From the NCBI RefSeq assembly GCF_963921235.1, contig NC_086097.1:173230001-173294000 (forward strand): a stretch of DNA of 64,000 nt, in the 5' to 3' direction. Of this stretch, positions 26,327-40,200 are shown one piece after another. A program made the position numbers and the translations under genes. The notes beneath the pieces are model-generated. The model did no database searches, was not told the DNA's origin, and was given only the letters and a program-made list of their open reading frames with translations. This DNA comes from Mobula hypostoma. Taxonomy: Eukaryota. Within the stretch, counting starts at the first letter, position 1; every line of letters starts with the position of its first letter.

Positions 26327-26699
26327 CTATTCAACGGTAGAGAATGAAAAAATGGGCTTCAGAAGCATACCCAAGCATTGATAACAATTATTCTACAATT
26401 CCTATAACCTGCTTCTAAGAGTCACAGACGACAACAACACAGCTGGTCTATCTTTCTCCTGTACTCTGGCTCCTGACCATCTAAAACTTTGCCAACAATA
26501 GTTGTGTTCTTGGTAAATTTATAGAAGGCATCTGAGCCGTGCCTAGCCACACTGTCCTGGTTGTAGGAAGAATAGAGCAGTGGGTTAAGCATCCATCCTC
26601 AAGGTGTGCCGTTGTTGATTTTCAGTGCAGAGATTTTATTTCCGATCTGCACTGACTGTGCTCTCCCAATGAGGAAGTCAAGAATCACCATGGCAATCC

Positions 26700-27150
26700 A
26701 ATCATCTGCCAAGTCCCATATACCTACACAGAGGCCATATCCCTCCAAACCACCTCCCTATCCAAATGTCTCTTAAATGTTACATTTGAACCCATATCTG
26801 CCACTTCTGCTGGCAGCTCGTTCCACATTTACACCACCCTCTGAGCGAAGAAAACTCCCCTTGGATTCCTCTTGAATATTTTGCCTTTCACCCTAAATCG
26901 ATGATCTCTAGTTCTAATCTCCCCCAACCTGAGAGGAAAAAGCCTGCATGCATTCACCCTATTTATACCTCTCATAATTTTGCGTACCTCTATAAGTTCT
27001 CCCTTAATTCTCCTGGGCTCCAGGGAATTAAGTCGTAACCTATTCAACCTTTCCCTATAACTCAGGTTCTCAGGTCCCAGCAACATCTCTATAAATTTTA
27101 TCTGTACTATTTCAAGCTTATTAATATCTTTCTTTTAGATAGGTGATCAG
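26700..27150 (-). mobile_element. CR1 LINE 3' fragment
   Basis: ORF 26829-27086: LSYRERLNRL, RLFPL, FFAQRVV. Confidence 0.85.
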
Positions 27151-28381
27151 ATCTCACCAGTCTTAATTCAGCCTCATCATGATCTATCCATAATAATACA
27201 GCCAACTGCAATTTATAAAATACTTAAAAGTACAGAATGCCATTTAGTCCATTAAGCCTGGCTAGTCCATATTGTTCATGAGGATAACATGGGAATATGT
27301 CACAGAACTGAGTCTTTCCATGGCAGGAATTAAATCAAGCTCTTTCTCACCTTTTCTCCTCTAAATCTATCAGTATCACCCTCCATTCCCTTCCCTCTTG
27401 ACCAAGCTTCACTAAATGCAACTAAACTATTCAGCACAATCATTTCCCAAGGGACTGAGTTGCACATTTTTACTCTTTGTACAAAGGAGTTTCTCTGAAT
27501 ATACTTTTGGTTTTCCCTTACATCCATAGCCTCTGGTTTCTTCACAAATGGAACCATGCTCTCAGTATCCAGTCTATAAAAATCCTTCAACATTTTTCAG
27601 ACCTCTATTGGGTTACTTATAAAAAAACAGATCACAGAACAGTACAGCACAGTATGGGGCTTTCAGCCTATAACGTGCTGACCTACAGAATCCTATTCCA
27701 TGTTCAATACAACTCTTGCCCCCTAAACAGACCATAACCCTCATTTGTCTTACATCCATGGGCCTAACTATGACTTCTCAGTTTGCTTTCCACAAGAAAA
27801 AAGGGACTTGGTCTATTCATTATCTCTTGAAATGTACACCCTCAACTTTCCTGGTCCATCCTAGTTAACCTTTTCTGCATCCCTTCAGTGAGTCTACATC
27901 AGAATCAGAATCAGGTTTATTATGAGACGTGAAATTTGTTAATTTAGCAGCAGCAGTTCAATGCAATACATAATAAAAAAATAAATGAAATAAAAATAAT
28001 AGTATTAAATAAGTAAATCAATTACAATAAATCAAATACAGTATCACTCATAATACAGCAAACAGAACCATATACAGCATTCCAAGAGTGGGCTAGCTAC
28101 ACAGTCAATATTGTTCTAACATAACTTCCCCTTATTTCAGTTTAATCCATCTGGAAGTAAACTTAGTGCTCAGTTTGTTTTCATCATGGCTTTGCCTATA
28201 GTACAGTCTTTAGTTGAAAAGCACAATATTGTAGATGCTGGAAATCCAGGGTAAAAATAGAAAATACTGGAAAAACTCAACTCTACTTCCCTGTATTCAG
28301 GTATAACCATATCTGTAACCTACATCACAGTGCTTAAGGCTTAGTGTATTTGTACTTGAGATCTCTTTGTTCCCTCACACT

Positions 28382-29904
28382 ACCTTTATTTAACTGACAA
28401 AAGTACAAAGAGAAGATTTTCGATAGTTTTACTGACCAACTTAATTGTATTTTGTAAACATACACAAATTTAGAATTTGATGGCTGCAACACACTCAACA
28501 AAAGTTGGGACAGAGGCATGTTTACCATTGTGTTACATCACCTTTCCTTTTAATAACACTTTTTAATCGTTTTGGAACTGAGGATACTAATTGTAGTAGA
28601 TTTGCAATTGGAAATTTTGTCCCTTCTTGCTTGATATAAGACTTCAGCTGCTCAACAGTCCATGGTCTCCGTTGTCTGATTCTCCTCTTCATGATGCGCC
28701 ATACATTTTCAATAGGAGATAGATCTGGACTGGCAGCAGGCCAGTCAAGCACACGCACTCTGTGTCTACAAAGCCATGCTGTTGTAGCCCGTGCAGAATG
28801 TGGTCTGGCATTGTCCTGCTGAAATAAGCATGGACGTCCCGGGAAGAGACCTCGCCTTGATGGCAACAGATGTCTCTCTAAAATCTTAATGTACGCCTCA
28901 GAGTCAATGGTACCTTCACATACATGCAACTCACCCATGCCGTGGGCACTCATGCACCCCCATACTATCACAGATGCTGGCTTTTGCACCTTTCGCTGAC
29001 AACAAACTGGATGGTTGTTTTCACCTTTGGCATGGAGAACTCGACACCCGTTTTTTCCGAAAACTAGCTGAAATGTGGATTCATCTGACCACAGCACATA
29101 GTTCCACAGTCTTTCGGTGCATCTGAGATGAGCTCGGGCCCAGAGAACTCACCGGCGTTTCTGCATAGAGTTGATGTATGGCTTCCTCCTTGCGTAATAC
29201 AGTTTCAAGTTACATTTCTGGATGCAGCAACAGACGTGTTGAGTGACAATGGTTTTCCGAAGTACTCCCGAGCCCAGGTGGCTATAATTGTCACAGTAGC
29301 ATGACAGTTTCTTAGGCAGTGCCGCCTGAGGGCTCGAAGATCACGCGCATTCAACAGTGGTTTCCGACCTTGCCCTTTACGCACTGAGATGTCTCTGAAT
29401 TCTTTGAATCTTTTCACAATATTATGTACTGTAGATGTTGAAAGACCTAAATTCTCTGCAATCTTGCGTTCAGAAATGTTCCTTTTGAACTGACTAACAA
29501 TTCTCTCACGAATTTTGGCACAAAGGGGTGAGCCACGACCCATCCTTGCTTGCAAAGACTGAGCCTTTGATGGACGCCACTTTTATACCCAGTCATGATA
29601 CCTCACCTGATAACAATTAGCCTGCTTAATGTGGAGTCTTCCAAACCAGTGTTACTGGAATATCTTGTGCACTTTTCAATCTTATTTTAACTCTGTCCAA
29701 ACTTTTGTTGAGTGTGTTGCAGCCATCAAATTCTAAATTTGTGTATGTTTACAAAATACAATTAAGTTGGTCAGTAAAACTATTGAAAATCTTTTCTTTG
29801 TACTTTTGTCAGTTAAATAAAGGTTCACGTGAATTAACATATCACAGATTTTTGTTTTTATTGCATTTTGGAAAATATCCCAATTTTTCTGGAAATGGTG
29901 TTTG
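28382..29904 (-). mobile_element. Tc1/mariner DNA transposon (IR/DR type) with a disrupted transposase; outer part of one TIR missing
   Basis: HTH region MGRG..RKIAENLGLSTSTVHNIVKRF..GRKP; catalytic motifs WSDES, FQQDNARPH, SPDLSPIENVW; long inverted repeats 28382-28515 and 29690-29904 with internal AAAAGTTGGGACA direct repeats. Confidence 0.95.
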
Positions 29905-30474
29905 TGTAACCTCTTGTACTCACTGGCTCGGCAGATGAAGGCAAGTATGTCATATGCCTTCTTTGCTACTCTGTTGACCTGTGTTGCCACATTCAGGGAT
30001 CTATGCACTTGCACCCCGAAGACTCTTTGTTCAACAAACTCCTCAGAGTCCTGCCCCAGTTTAACTTTGCAGAGTACATCACTTCCCACTTGTCTGTGTT
30101 TAACTCCATCCGCTCTTTGCCATAAGTCAAATTCTAATTCCCTGCACTTACTCTTGAATTTCATAAAGATTGTTATCCAAACCAAAAGTTATAGTTTCTG
30201 TAAGTCACACTGTCATACTTTACATCAAAATCAATTATATTTATATACATGGATTTAGCAGCAAGAGTAAGATTGCTTTTAATAACAGTAATAAAAATTG
30301 GGACAGAATCACGATAGCCCATACTTTGAAATATTAATGACAGACAATGGACACCATCATTTCTTGTGAAACCAATAATTCCCCAGATACACATGTATGG
30401 TTAAATGCATAAATCCAGAAGTTGCTGTTAGTAATCACTGTTCCTCCACAGAGAGTGCGTTTTATCTTCTTATT

Positions 30475-30888
30475 GGCAACATAGGTGAAAACAAGGTTTC
30501 ACTCCCAAATGAGCTCAATGGCTTTTATTCTCGTTTTGACCATGAAGACACCTTCATGAACCCCCACAGCTGTGGTTTTAGTCTCCGAGGCTGATGGGAG
30601 AGCATCCTTCAGAACAGTGAACTCACGGAAAGCATCCAGCCCAGATGGGGTACCTGGCCAGTTGATTTGTGCTGATCAACTGCCTGATGTATTCACTGAT
30701 ATCTTTAAGCTCTTGCTTTGGAAGTCTGAGGTATCCACCTGCTTCAGTTAGACTAATTATACCAATAACCAAGAAGAACCTGCCTCAGTGACAATCACCC
30801 AGTACCATTTAGATCCACTGTGAAGAAGTGCTTTGAGAGATTGGTGATGGAACTTGCCTCCACGACTATTGTCCAGTAACGCTTACAT
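30475..30888 (+). mobile_element. Rex1/Babar LINE RT fragment(s), continuing at 34906 after a CR1 insertion
   Basis: SLPNELNGFYSRF, KASSPDGVPG, DYCPVTLT|SSVMKYFERL split by the CR1. Confidence 0.75.
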
Positions 30889-33800
30889 AAGACCATAAGA
30901 CAGCAGTAGAATTAGGCCATTTAGATCATTGAGTCTGCTCTGCCATTTCATCATGGCTGATCTATTTCCCTCTCAACTCAATTTTCCTGCCTTCTCCCCA
31001 TAACCTTTCACACCCTGACTTATCAAGGATCTATAAACCTCCAGTTTAAATACATCCAAATGACCTGGACTCCACTGCCCCCTGCAGCATGAATTCCACA
31101 GATTCACCATTGTCTGGCTAAAGAAATTCCTCCTCATCTCCATTCTAAATGGATGTCTCTCTAATTGTGCCCTCTAGTCTTAGGACTTACCCGCTATAGG
31201 AAATATCCTCACTACATCCACTTTATCTACATCTTTCAAAATTCAATAGGTTTCAATGAAATCCCCATTCATTCTTCTAAATTCCAGCAAGCATAGGTCT
31301 ACAGCCATCAAACATTCATCATATGATAAGACTTTCATTCCCCGAATCATTTTTGTGAAACTTCTTTGAAAACTCTCCAATATCAGCACATCCTTTCATA
31401 GATAGGGGCCTAAAACTACTCACAATACTCCAAGTGAGGCCTCACCTGTGCTTTATAAAGCCTCAATGTTACATCCTTGTCTTCATATTCTAGACCTCTC
31501 AAAATGATTGCTAACATTGCATTTGCCTTCTTCACTACAGACTCAACCTGCAAGTTAATCTTTAAGAAATCCTGCACAAGGACCCCAAGTCCCTTTGTAT
31601 CTTGGATTTTTGAATTTTCTCCGTTCAGAAAATAGTCTACGCTTTTGTTCCTTCTACCAAAGCGCATGACCAGACACTTCCTGACACTGTATTCCATCTG
31701 CCCCTTCTTTGCCCATTCTCCTAACCTGTCTAAGACCTTCTGCATCTTCCCTGCTTCCTCAACACTACATGTCCCTCTACCTATCTTCCTATTATCCTCA
31801 AACTTGGCTACAAAGCCATCAATTCCATTTTCCAAATCATTGATATACAATGTGAAAAGAAATGGTTCCAAACCGACTCCTGCAGAACACCACTAGTCAC
31901 CAGCAGCCAATCAGAAAAGGCTTCCTTTATTCCCACTCCTTGCCTCCAGCCAATTAACTATATCCATGCTAGTATCTTTCCTGTAATACCATGGGCTGTT
32001 ACTTTGCTAAGCAGGCTCACGCGTGGCACCTTGTCAGAGGCCTGCTAGAAGTCCAAGTACACAACATCCACTGATTTTCCTTTGTCTACCCTGCTTGTTA
32101 TTTCATCAAAGAATTCCAACAGATTTGTCAGGCTTTGGCCTATTTTTACCATGTTCCTCCAAGTACCCCAAAACCTCATCCATAATAATGGACTCCAACT
32201 ATTTTCCCATCCAGTGAAGTCAGGCAAATTGACCTATAATTTCCTTTCTTCTGCCTCCCTCCCTACATAAAGAGTGGAGTGACATTTGCAATTTTCCAGT
32301 CCTCCAGAAACATTCCAGAATCTAGTGATTCTTGAAAAATCATTACTGATGCCTTCATAATCTATTCAGCTGCCTCTTTCAGAACCCTGGGGTGTAGTCA
32401 GTCTGGTCCAGCTTCTATCTTCAGATCTTTCAGCTTCTCAAACACCTTCTCCTTAGTAATAGTAACAACACTCACTTCCGTCCCTGACACTTCCAAATTT
32501 CCGGCAAACTGCTAGTATCTTCCACAGTGAAGACTGTTGCAAAACACTTATTCAGTTCATCCACCATTTCTTTGTCCCCCACTACTACTTTTCCAGTGAT
32601 ATTAGTCAATGGTCTTACACCTATTCTCATCTCTTTTTTACTCTTTATATATCTGAAAAAAATTTTGATATCTTTCTTTGATATTATTGGCAAGTTTACC
32701 TTCATATTTCATCTTTTCTCTTATGGCTTTTTTAGTTGCCTTCTGTGAGTGGTTAAAAGCTTCCCAAGCCTCTAATTTCCCACTAATGTTTCCTCTATTA
32801 TATACCCTGCTTTTGTTTTAAATTGCCTTTGACTTCCCTTGTGTCATCCTGCCTGTAGAATACTACTTCTTCTCTGGGATGTATCTATCCTGTGTTTTCC
32901 AAATCGCTTCTAGAATCTCCAGCTATTGCTACTCTGACGTCAATCCTGTGAGTGATCCCTTCCAATCAACATTGGCCAGTTTCTCTCTCATGCCTCTGTA
33001 ATTCTTTTTACTCCACTGTAATTCTGATACATTTGACTGTAGCTTTTTCCTCTCAAATTGCAAGGTATACTCTATCATATTATGATCACTGCCTTAAGCT
33101 CCCAAATCAAATCCAGTTTATTACACAACAGCCAATCCAGAATAGCTGATCCTCTAGTGGGCTCAACCACAAGCTGCTCTAAAAAGCCTTCTCATAGGCA
33201 TTCTACAGACTCTCTCTCGGGATCAAAAATCAGCACCAGCCCAATTTTCCCAATCTACCTGCATATTGAAATACCCCATGACTACCATAACATTGCCCTT
33301 TTGGCATGCGTTTTCATATCCTGTTGTAATTTGTACCCCACATCCTGGCTGCTGTTCCAAGGCCTATATATAACTCTCATCAGGTACTTTTTACACTTGC
33401 AGTTCCTTAATTCTACCCACACCGATTCTACACCTTCTGATCCTATGCCATCTCTTTCCAAGGATTTGATTTCATTTTTACCATCAGAGCCATGCCATCC
33501 CCTCTGCTTACCTGCCTGTCCTTTCAATACAATGGGTATCCTTGTATGTTAAGCTCCCAACTATAACCTTCTTTCAGTCATGATTCAGTGAGGCCCGCAA
33601 TCTTACCTGCCAAGCTCTAACTGCATCTACCTTACTCTGTATACTGTGTGCATTGAAATATAACACCTTCAGCCCTATATTCTTTACCTTTTTCGATTTT
33701 GTCCTCTGTTACATTGCAACTCATCTCACTGACTGTAATATTGCCCTATCCCCTGCCTGTCCTTCCTGACAGTCTCACTATATACCAACTGCCCCATCCT

Positions 33801-34905
33801 CAGCACTATCACTTAGTTTCCACCACCCCCTTGTCAAATTAGTCTAAACCTTCCCCAACAGTTCTAGCAAACCTGCCCACAATGATATTGGTTCCTCTTG
33901 GGTTCATATGTAACCCACCACTTTGGACAGGTCATACCTGCACCGGAAGAGATCCCAATAATCAAGAAATCTGCTCACCCTCCCCCTTTAGAATGCCATG
34001 GACCCAATCCCAGTCACTGGCACTGGGACCTGGGAGGCAACAAACCATTCATGTCTCTATTGTGCCCACAGCATCTCATATCTACTCTTCTAACTGTGGA
34101 ATCCCCTAGCAATACTGCAGTCCTCTTCTTCCCAATTCACTTCTGAAGCACAGTGCCAGAGACCCAGTCGCTTTGGCTTCCCCTGGTACATTGTCCATCC
34201 CAACAGTATCCAAAGAGGTATGCTTATCATTGAGGGGAACAGCCACAGAGGTACTCTGCACAAGCTGCCTATTTCCTTCCCCCCTCCTGACGGTTACTGC
34301 GGTACCTTGCCTCCTGCAATTTAGGGGTGACAATTGCCCTCTAGCTCCTATCTATCACTTCCTCAGTTTTTCATATGAGCTGAAGGTCATCGAGCTGCAG
34401 CACCAGCTCCAGTTCCTTATTTTCTGAGCAGCTGCAGCTCAGTGCTCCTGGTGCAAATGTGGTTATTCAGGAGGCTAGAGGTCTCCCAGAATTCCAACTT
34501 CTCAAATAAAGAACACAACACAGCCTCTGAAGCTCTATGTACTAAGAGAAGAAGAATCTTACCAAATATGTACCTCACCCAAGCCTGTTCTCACTGAAGC
34601 ATGATGAGCCAAAGCCTCCCCACTAACACTGGTCCACTCTGCTTGTACCTACCTTGTTTTTATTTTCCCTTGCAAATGGATTGCTATTTGATTGGGCTAC
34701 TGGAAAACAGCAAAAGCTCACAAATGCTCCTTTTTTAAATCACACTCGCAGACCTGTGAGTTGCCTTCTCTGTCACTTCCAATTCAATTGGGCTGCCAAG
34801 AAAATGCTGAAGGTCCACAGATGATCCTTTTTAAAAGCTCACTCACAGACCCGTGAGATGCTTCCTCCCTCACTACCAACTTGATTGGGCCGCCGGAAAA
34901 AACAC
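30889..34905 (-). mobile_element. Near full-length degraded CR1 LINE (5' UTR, ORF1 remnant, ORF2)
   Basis: Tail (GTCTTATG)n at ~30886-30900; RT motifs (RPHLEYCE, VDVVYLDF); EN motifs (ESVWVELRN, IYRP); ORF1-like TVRRG..STSVAVPLNDK shared with 37539-37814. Confidence 0.9.
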
Positions 34906-36499
34906 CCAGTGTGATGAAGTACTTTGAGAGGTTGATGTTTATTTCTGACCATTTAAGGCATTTAATTGATTGACACGCTTATTATTATTTCTTTTTGTAT
35001 TTGCACACTGGTTGTTCATCCGTCTTGTTGGGTGCGGTCTTTCATTGGTTCTATTGTGTTTCTTTGTATTTATTGTGATTGCTGAATCTCAGGGTTGTAT
35101 ATGGTAACATATATATACTTTGATAATAAATTTATTTTGAACTTTGAACTATTATAACCTTTGGAAATCAGTATTTTATTAACTATTCTTGCTTTAATCA
35201 ACCCTGAAATGTTATGCTTTGATGCACAAGATACAAGTTAGGCTTTAATAGCATAGGAGACCATAGTTACTGCTGAGGAAAATCTGGACTCATAAAAATA
35301 TTCTTTGATATTTGTAGAAATTGTTTCCTTGAGAAAAATACTTTAAATAATAATGGATTGAAATAATATTGATTATACATGTTATTGTAATGTGTATATT
35401 AATTATCAGCTGTCATGTTTGTAGTTCAATGTTTATTTCTGACCTGACCATTTAATTGATTGACAGATTGATTAGTTTTTTTTACATATTGATTTGGAGT
35501 TGAGAGTTTTTTTCAATGGAATTGTCTGCCTGAGAAATCTGTCCTTCCCTTTCCACCAAAAGCAACAACATGTATTACCAGTTGACTACAAAATCCAGGC
35601 TACAAAACTTGCATCTACATAGCACTTATTATGGCATTATGTCATTCTGATGTGTTTTATAGACATTGGAGTTCTTTGAAGTCTATTATACAGATATTTC
35701 ATTTTAACAGAACCACAAAGCACAAATCTGTAACGAAAACTTTAGTTATCAATAAAAATACAAAATTTTCACTATGCTTCAATTCTATTGTTACAGAAAT
35801 ACTACAGAATCATATAATTTTTAATCACAAAACTAGGCCACCTGGTCCATCAACTCTCCATTAACACTTCCCCATGAAGCACCTGGTCTAATCCAATTCT
35901 CTACCACTCAATCCACATTTATATTGCTTAGTATTGCAAGTTCACTGCACATAAGGAAAGGAATCCTTGATTCTAGAGTAAATTAACTGTATTAGAAGTG
36001 CACACAGCTGTGCACCATACTAAACATTTTAATTTAAAAATAAAATCTGGTGCTTTTGAAAATGTACAGCCTCTAGGGAGATCAAGACTGTAAAATTTGC
36101 CTCTCATGTGGGTTACACAGATGCAGCATACCATGTTGCTGCTCTAGTTCTAAGAGTTAGCTAAACTCTGCTTTAGGAATTTCTAAACAATCTTGCAGGA
36201 TCTTATAAATAGAAAGTTATTAAAAGATGTTGCTGGAACTATTGATCTGCCAGGCCATTTGGTCTTGCAGCCCAGTGTGTCTCGCTATCTTACTTTCCTT
36301 TTCCAAAACACTCCTTAGAAGACATTCCTTCAGTCTCCTGTCAACCTTCAATGCTTTGACATCTTTCACTATCCACCCTTGCTCCCTTATTGCAAAGTAG
36401 TACATCAGTGCCACCTATCAAATGGCTCCTGATGCTAATACACAACCACATAGCTGAAGTTCCTTTTGGTACTTACCATTATTCAATTTGAAAAAATCA

Positions 36500-36739
36500 T
36501 TTAGAGATATAGCATGGTAATAGGTCGTTCTGACCCAACCAAGCCCACGCCATCCAATTACACCCATGTGACCAATTAACCTACTAACTCATACCCCTTT
36601 GGAATGTGGGAGGAAACCAGAGCACCCAGGGGAAACTCAAGCGGTCATAGGGAAAACATAGAAACTCCTTATAGACAGCAGTGGAATTGAGCCCAGATCA
36701 ATGGCACTGTAATAGCATTACCCTAACTGCTATGCTACC
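36500..36739 (-). mobile_element. tRNA-derived V-SINE (HE1-like)
   Basis: Minus-strand head GGTAGCATAGCAGTTAG, B-box-like GGGCTCAATTCC, V-domain GGGTGCTCTGGTTTCCTCCCACATTCCAAA; related to 19165-19430. Confidence 0.8.
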
Positions 36740-37269
36740 TATGGTCAAGTTTAAACAAATGTGAAAAATCTATCCCATAATGATTTGAAGCACCCTGGAC
36801 CTGGAATAGGTTTGTTTTTGTCACATGTATGAAGATACAGTGAAAAGTATTTGTTTGCATGCCATCTAGACGAACGATACTTAGTACACAGAGGTAATAA
36901 AATAGAAAGCAGAATATAGTGTTAAAATGCAATGCAGTAAACAAATAAAGTGCAAGCTGTCTGGGAGATACCTTTTAGTGAAAAAGAGGTCAGTTCAAGA
37001 GTCTAATTCCAATACAGGCAAGATTAAAATTCTGCGAAACTATAGGGAACCTGATCATGAACCTAATTCTAATACTGAGTGACAATGCAGTATATCATAG
37101 AACATGTTAACCATGAGAAATAAATCTTATTTGTTATCCTTTTGAGTAACTACCAGTTTTGACCTATGTCGAAGAAAAGTTGATTTCATATCATCATGAG
37201 AAACAAAACTAGATTTCCTTCAAATGGAAAACAAGCCCATCAAATATGGCATTAGTGGAGGACCAATCA

Positions 37270-40200
37270 ATTCAAAGACAGAGAGAGAGTTTTGCACAGG
37301 TCAGGGAGAAGAGTTTAAAAAAGGAGCGTTTCGCGGGGCTTGACATATTAGAATCGTGGATATGACTGTGAGGACAGTTTTCTGTTCTGAGAGTCAGATG
37401 TAGGATGTCCGCGAGAGCTTTAGCCTCCCTGTTGGCCACATCTGTGCCAGGTACATCGAGCTGCTGCTCGTTAGAGACCAAGTTAGGGAACTGCAGCTGC
37501 AGTTCAATGACATTCGGCTTGTTAGGGACAGCGAAGAGGTGATAGACAGGAGCTACAGGCAGGTAGTCACCCCAGGACCTCAGGACACAGATAAGTGGAT
37601 GACCGTCAGGAGAGGGAAGGGAGGGCGTCAGGTAGTGGAGAGCACCCCTGTGGCTGTCCCCCTTAACAATAAGTACTCCATTTTGAGTGCTGTTGGGGCG
37701 GTCGAGCAAACTGGAGGAAGCAGCAGTGGCCATACCTCTGGCACTGAGTCTGGCCCTGTGACTCAGAAGGGTAGGGAGCAGAAGAGGAAGGCAGCGGTAG
37801 TCAGGGCTCCATAGTTAGGGGAACAGATAGGTGATTCTATGGACACAAAAAAGAAACAAGGATGGTAGTTTGCCTCCCAGGTGCCAGGGTTTGTGATATT
37901 TCTGAGCACATCCACAATATCTTGAAATGGGAGGGTGAACAGCCAGAGGTCATGGTACATATTGATACCAATGACATAGGTGGAAAAAGGGAGGAGGTCC
38001 TGAAAGCAGAATACAGGGAGTTAGGAAGGAAGCTGAGAAGCAGGACCTCAAAGGTAGTAATCTCAGAATAGTTGCCTTGCCACGTGACAGTGAGTATAGG
38101 TTTAGAATGAGGCGGAGGATAAATGCATAGCTGAAGGATTGGAGCAGGGAGGCAGGGATTCAGATTTTTGGATCATTGGGACCTCCTCTGGGCCAGGTGT
38201 GACCTGTACAAAAAGTACGGGTTGCACTTGAATCCAAGGGGGACCAATATCTTGGTGGGGAGGTTTGCTAATGCTATTGGGGAGGATTTAAACTAGAATT
38301 GCAGAGGGGTAGGAACCAAAGTAAAGAAGCAGAGGATGGGGAGATAGAGACAGCTTGAAGGAAGTTTGTGAGGAAGGAGAGGCAGATGTTCGAGCAAAGA
38401 TGCACTAAGCCTGATGGTTTGAGATGTGTCTATTTTATTGCAAGGAATATCATAAACAAGGCAAATGAACTTAAGAGCATGGATCGATATGTGGAACTGT
38501 GACGTTGTGCCCATTACAGAGACTTGGATGTCTCAGGAACAGGAATGGCTGCTGAGTGTGCCGGGCTTTAGGTGTTTCAAAAAGAACAGAAAGGGAGGCA
38601 AAAGAGGTGGGGGTATGGCATCGCTATTTAGGGATAGTGTCATGGCTGCAGAAAAAGAGGAAGGCATGGAGGAATGGTCTACTGGTCATTGTAGGTGGAA
38701 GTCAGAAACAGGAAAGGGGCAATAACTCTACTGGGTGTTTTTTATAGACCCCCCCCCCCCAATAGTAATAGGGATATCAAGGAGCAGATAGGGAGGCAGA
38801 TTCTGGAATGATGCAATAATAATAGGGTTGCGGTGATAGGAGATTTTAACTTTCTAAATATTGATTGGGACCTCCTTAGCGCAGGGGGATTAGATGGGGT
38901 GGAGTTTGTTAGGTGTGTTCAGGAAGGTTTCCTGAGGTTCCTTATGTAGATAAGCCAACTAGAGGAGAGGCTATACTTGATCTGGTATTGCGAAATGAAT
39001 CTGGTCAGATGTCAGACCTCTCAGTGGGAGAGCATTTTGGAGGTAGTGAACACAACTCTATCTCTTTCTCCAAACTGCTGGAGAGGAATAGGAGCATACA
39101 ATTTAGGAAAACATTTAATTGGGGTAAGGGGAAATATGATGCTTTTAGGCAGGAACTTGGGAGCATAAATTGGGAGCAGATATTCTCAGGGAAAAGCACG
39201 GCAGAAATGTGGCAAATATTCAGGGAACATTTGCATGGAGTTCTGCATAGGTATGTTCCATTAAGGCAGGGAAAGGTTGGTAGAGTTAAAGAACGGCGGT
39301 GTACAAAGTATGAACAAAATCTATTTAAGAAGAAAAGAAAAGCTTATGAAACTAGGTTCAAGAAACTAGATACTGTTGGAGCTCTAGCAAATTACAAGGT
39401 AACTAGGAAGGAGCTTAAGAATGGAATTAGGAGAACCAGAACAGGCCCTGAGAAGGTTTTGGTGAGCAGGATTAAGGAAAACCCCAAGGCATTCTTCAAG
39501 TACGTGAAGAGCAAGAGGATGATCTGTGTGAGAATAAGACCAATCAGGTGTGATAGTGGAAACGTGTGCTTGGAGTCGGAGGAGGTAGGGGATATACTTA
39601 ATGAATAGTTTGCCTTAGTATTTACCAGGGAAAAAGACCTTGGCAATTGTGGGGATGACTTACAGCTGACTGAAATGCTTGAGTATATAGACATTAAGAA
39701 AGAGGATGTGCTGGAGCTTTTGAAAAGCATTAAGCTAGTTAAGTCATTGGGACCAGATGAGATATACCCCAGGCTAATGTGGGAAGCGAGGGAGGAGATT
39801 GCTGAGCCTCTTGCGATGATCTTTGCATCGTCAATAGGGACAGGAGAAGTACCGAAGGATTGGAGGGTTGCAAATGTTGTTCCCTTGTTCAAGAAAGGGA
39901 GTAGAGATAATCCAGGAAATTATAGACCAGTGAGTTTCACTTCAGTGGTAGGCAAGTTGTTGGAGAAGATCCTGACAGGCAGGATTTATGAGCATTTGGA
40001 GAAACATAATCTGATTAGGGATAGTCAGCATCGCTTTTTCAAGGGCAGGTCGTGCCATACGAGACTGACTGAATACTTTGAAGATGTAACAAAACAAATT
40101 GATGAAGGTAGAGCAGTGGATGTCGTGTATATGGATTTCAGTAAGGCATTTGGTAAGGTTCCCCATGCAAGGCTCCTTCAGAAGGTAAGGAGGCATAGGA

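Noticed and set aside
26106..26381. Plus-strand 91-aa ORF
   Set aside because: Antisense shadow of the VPS13B exon; the splice signals are on the minus strand
34688..34905. CRISPR-like or repeat-spacer array
   Set aside because: Whole units are similar to each other with no unique spacers, and the context is eukaryotic with no cas genes; this is a tandem repeat
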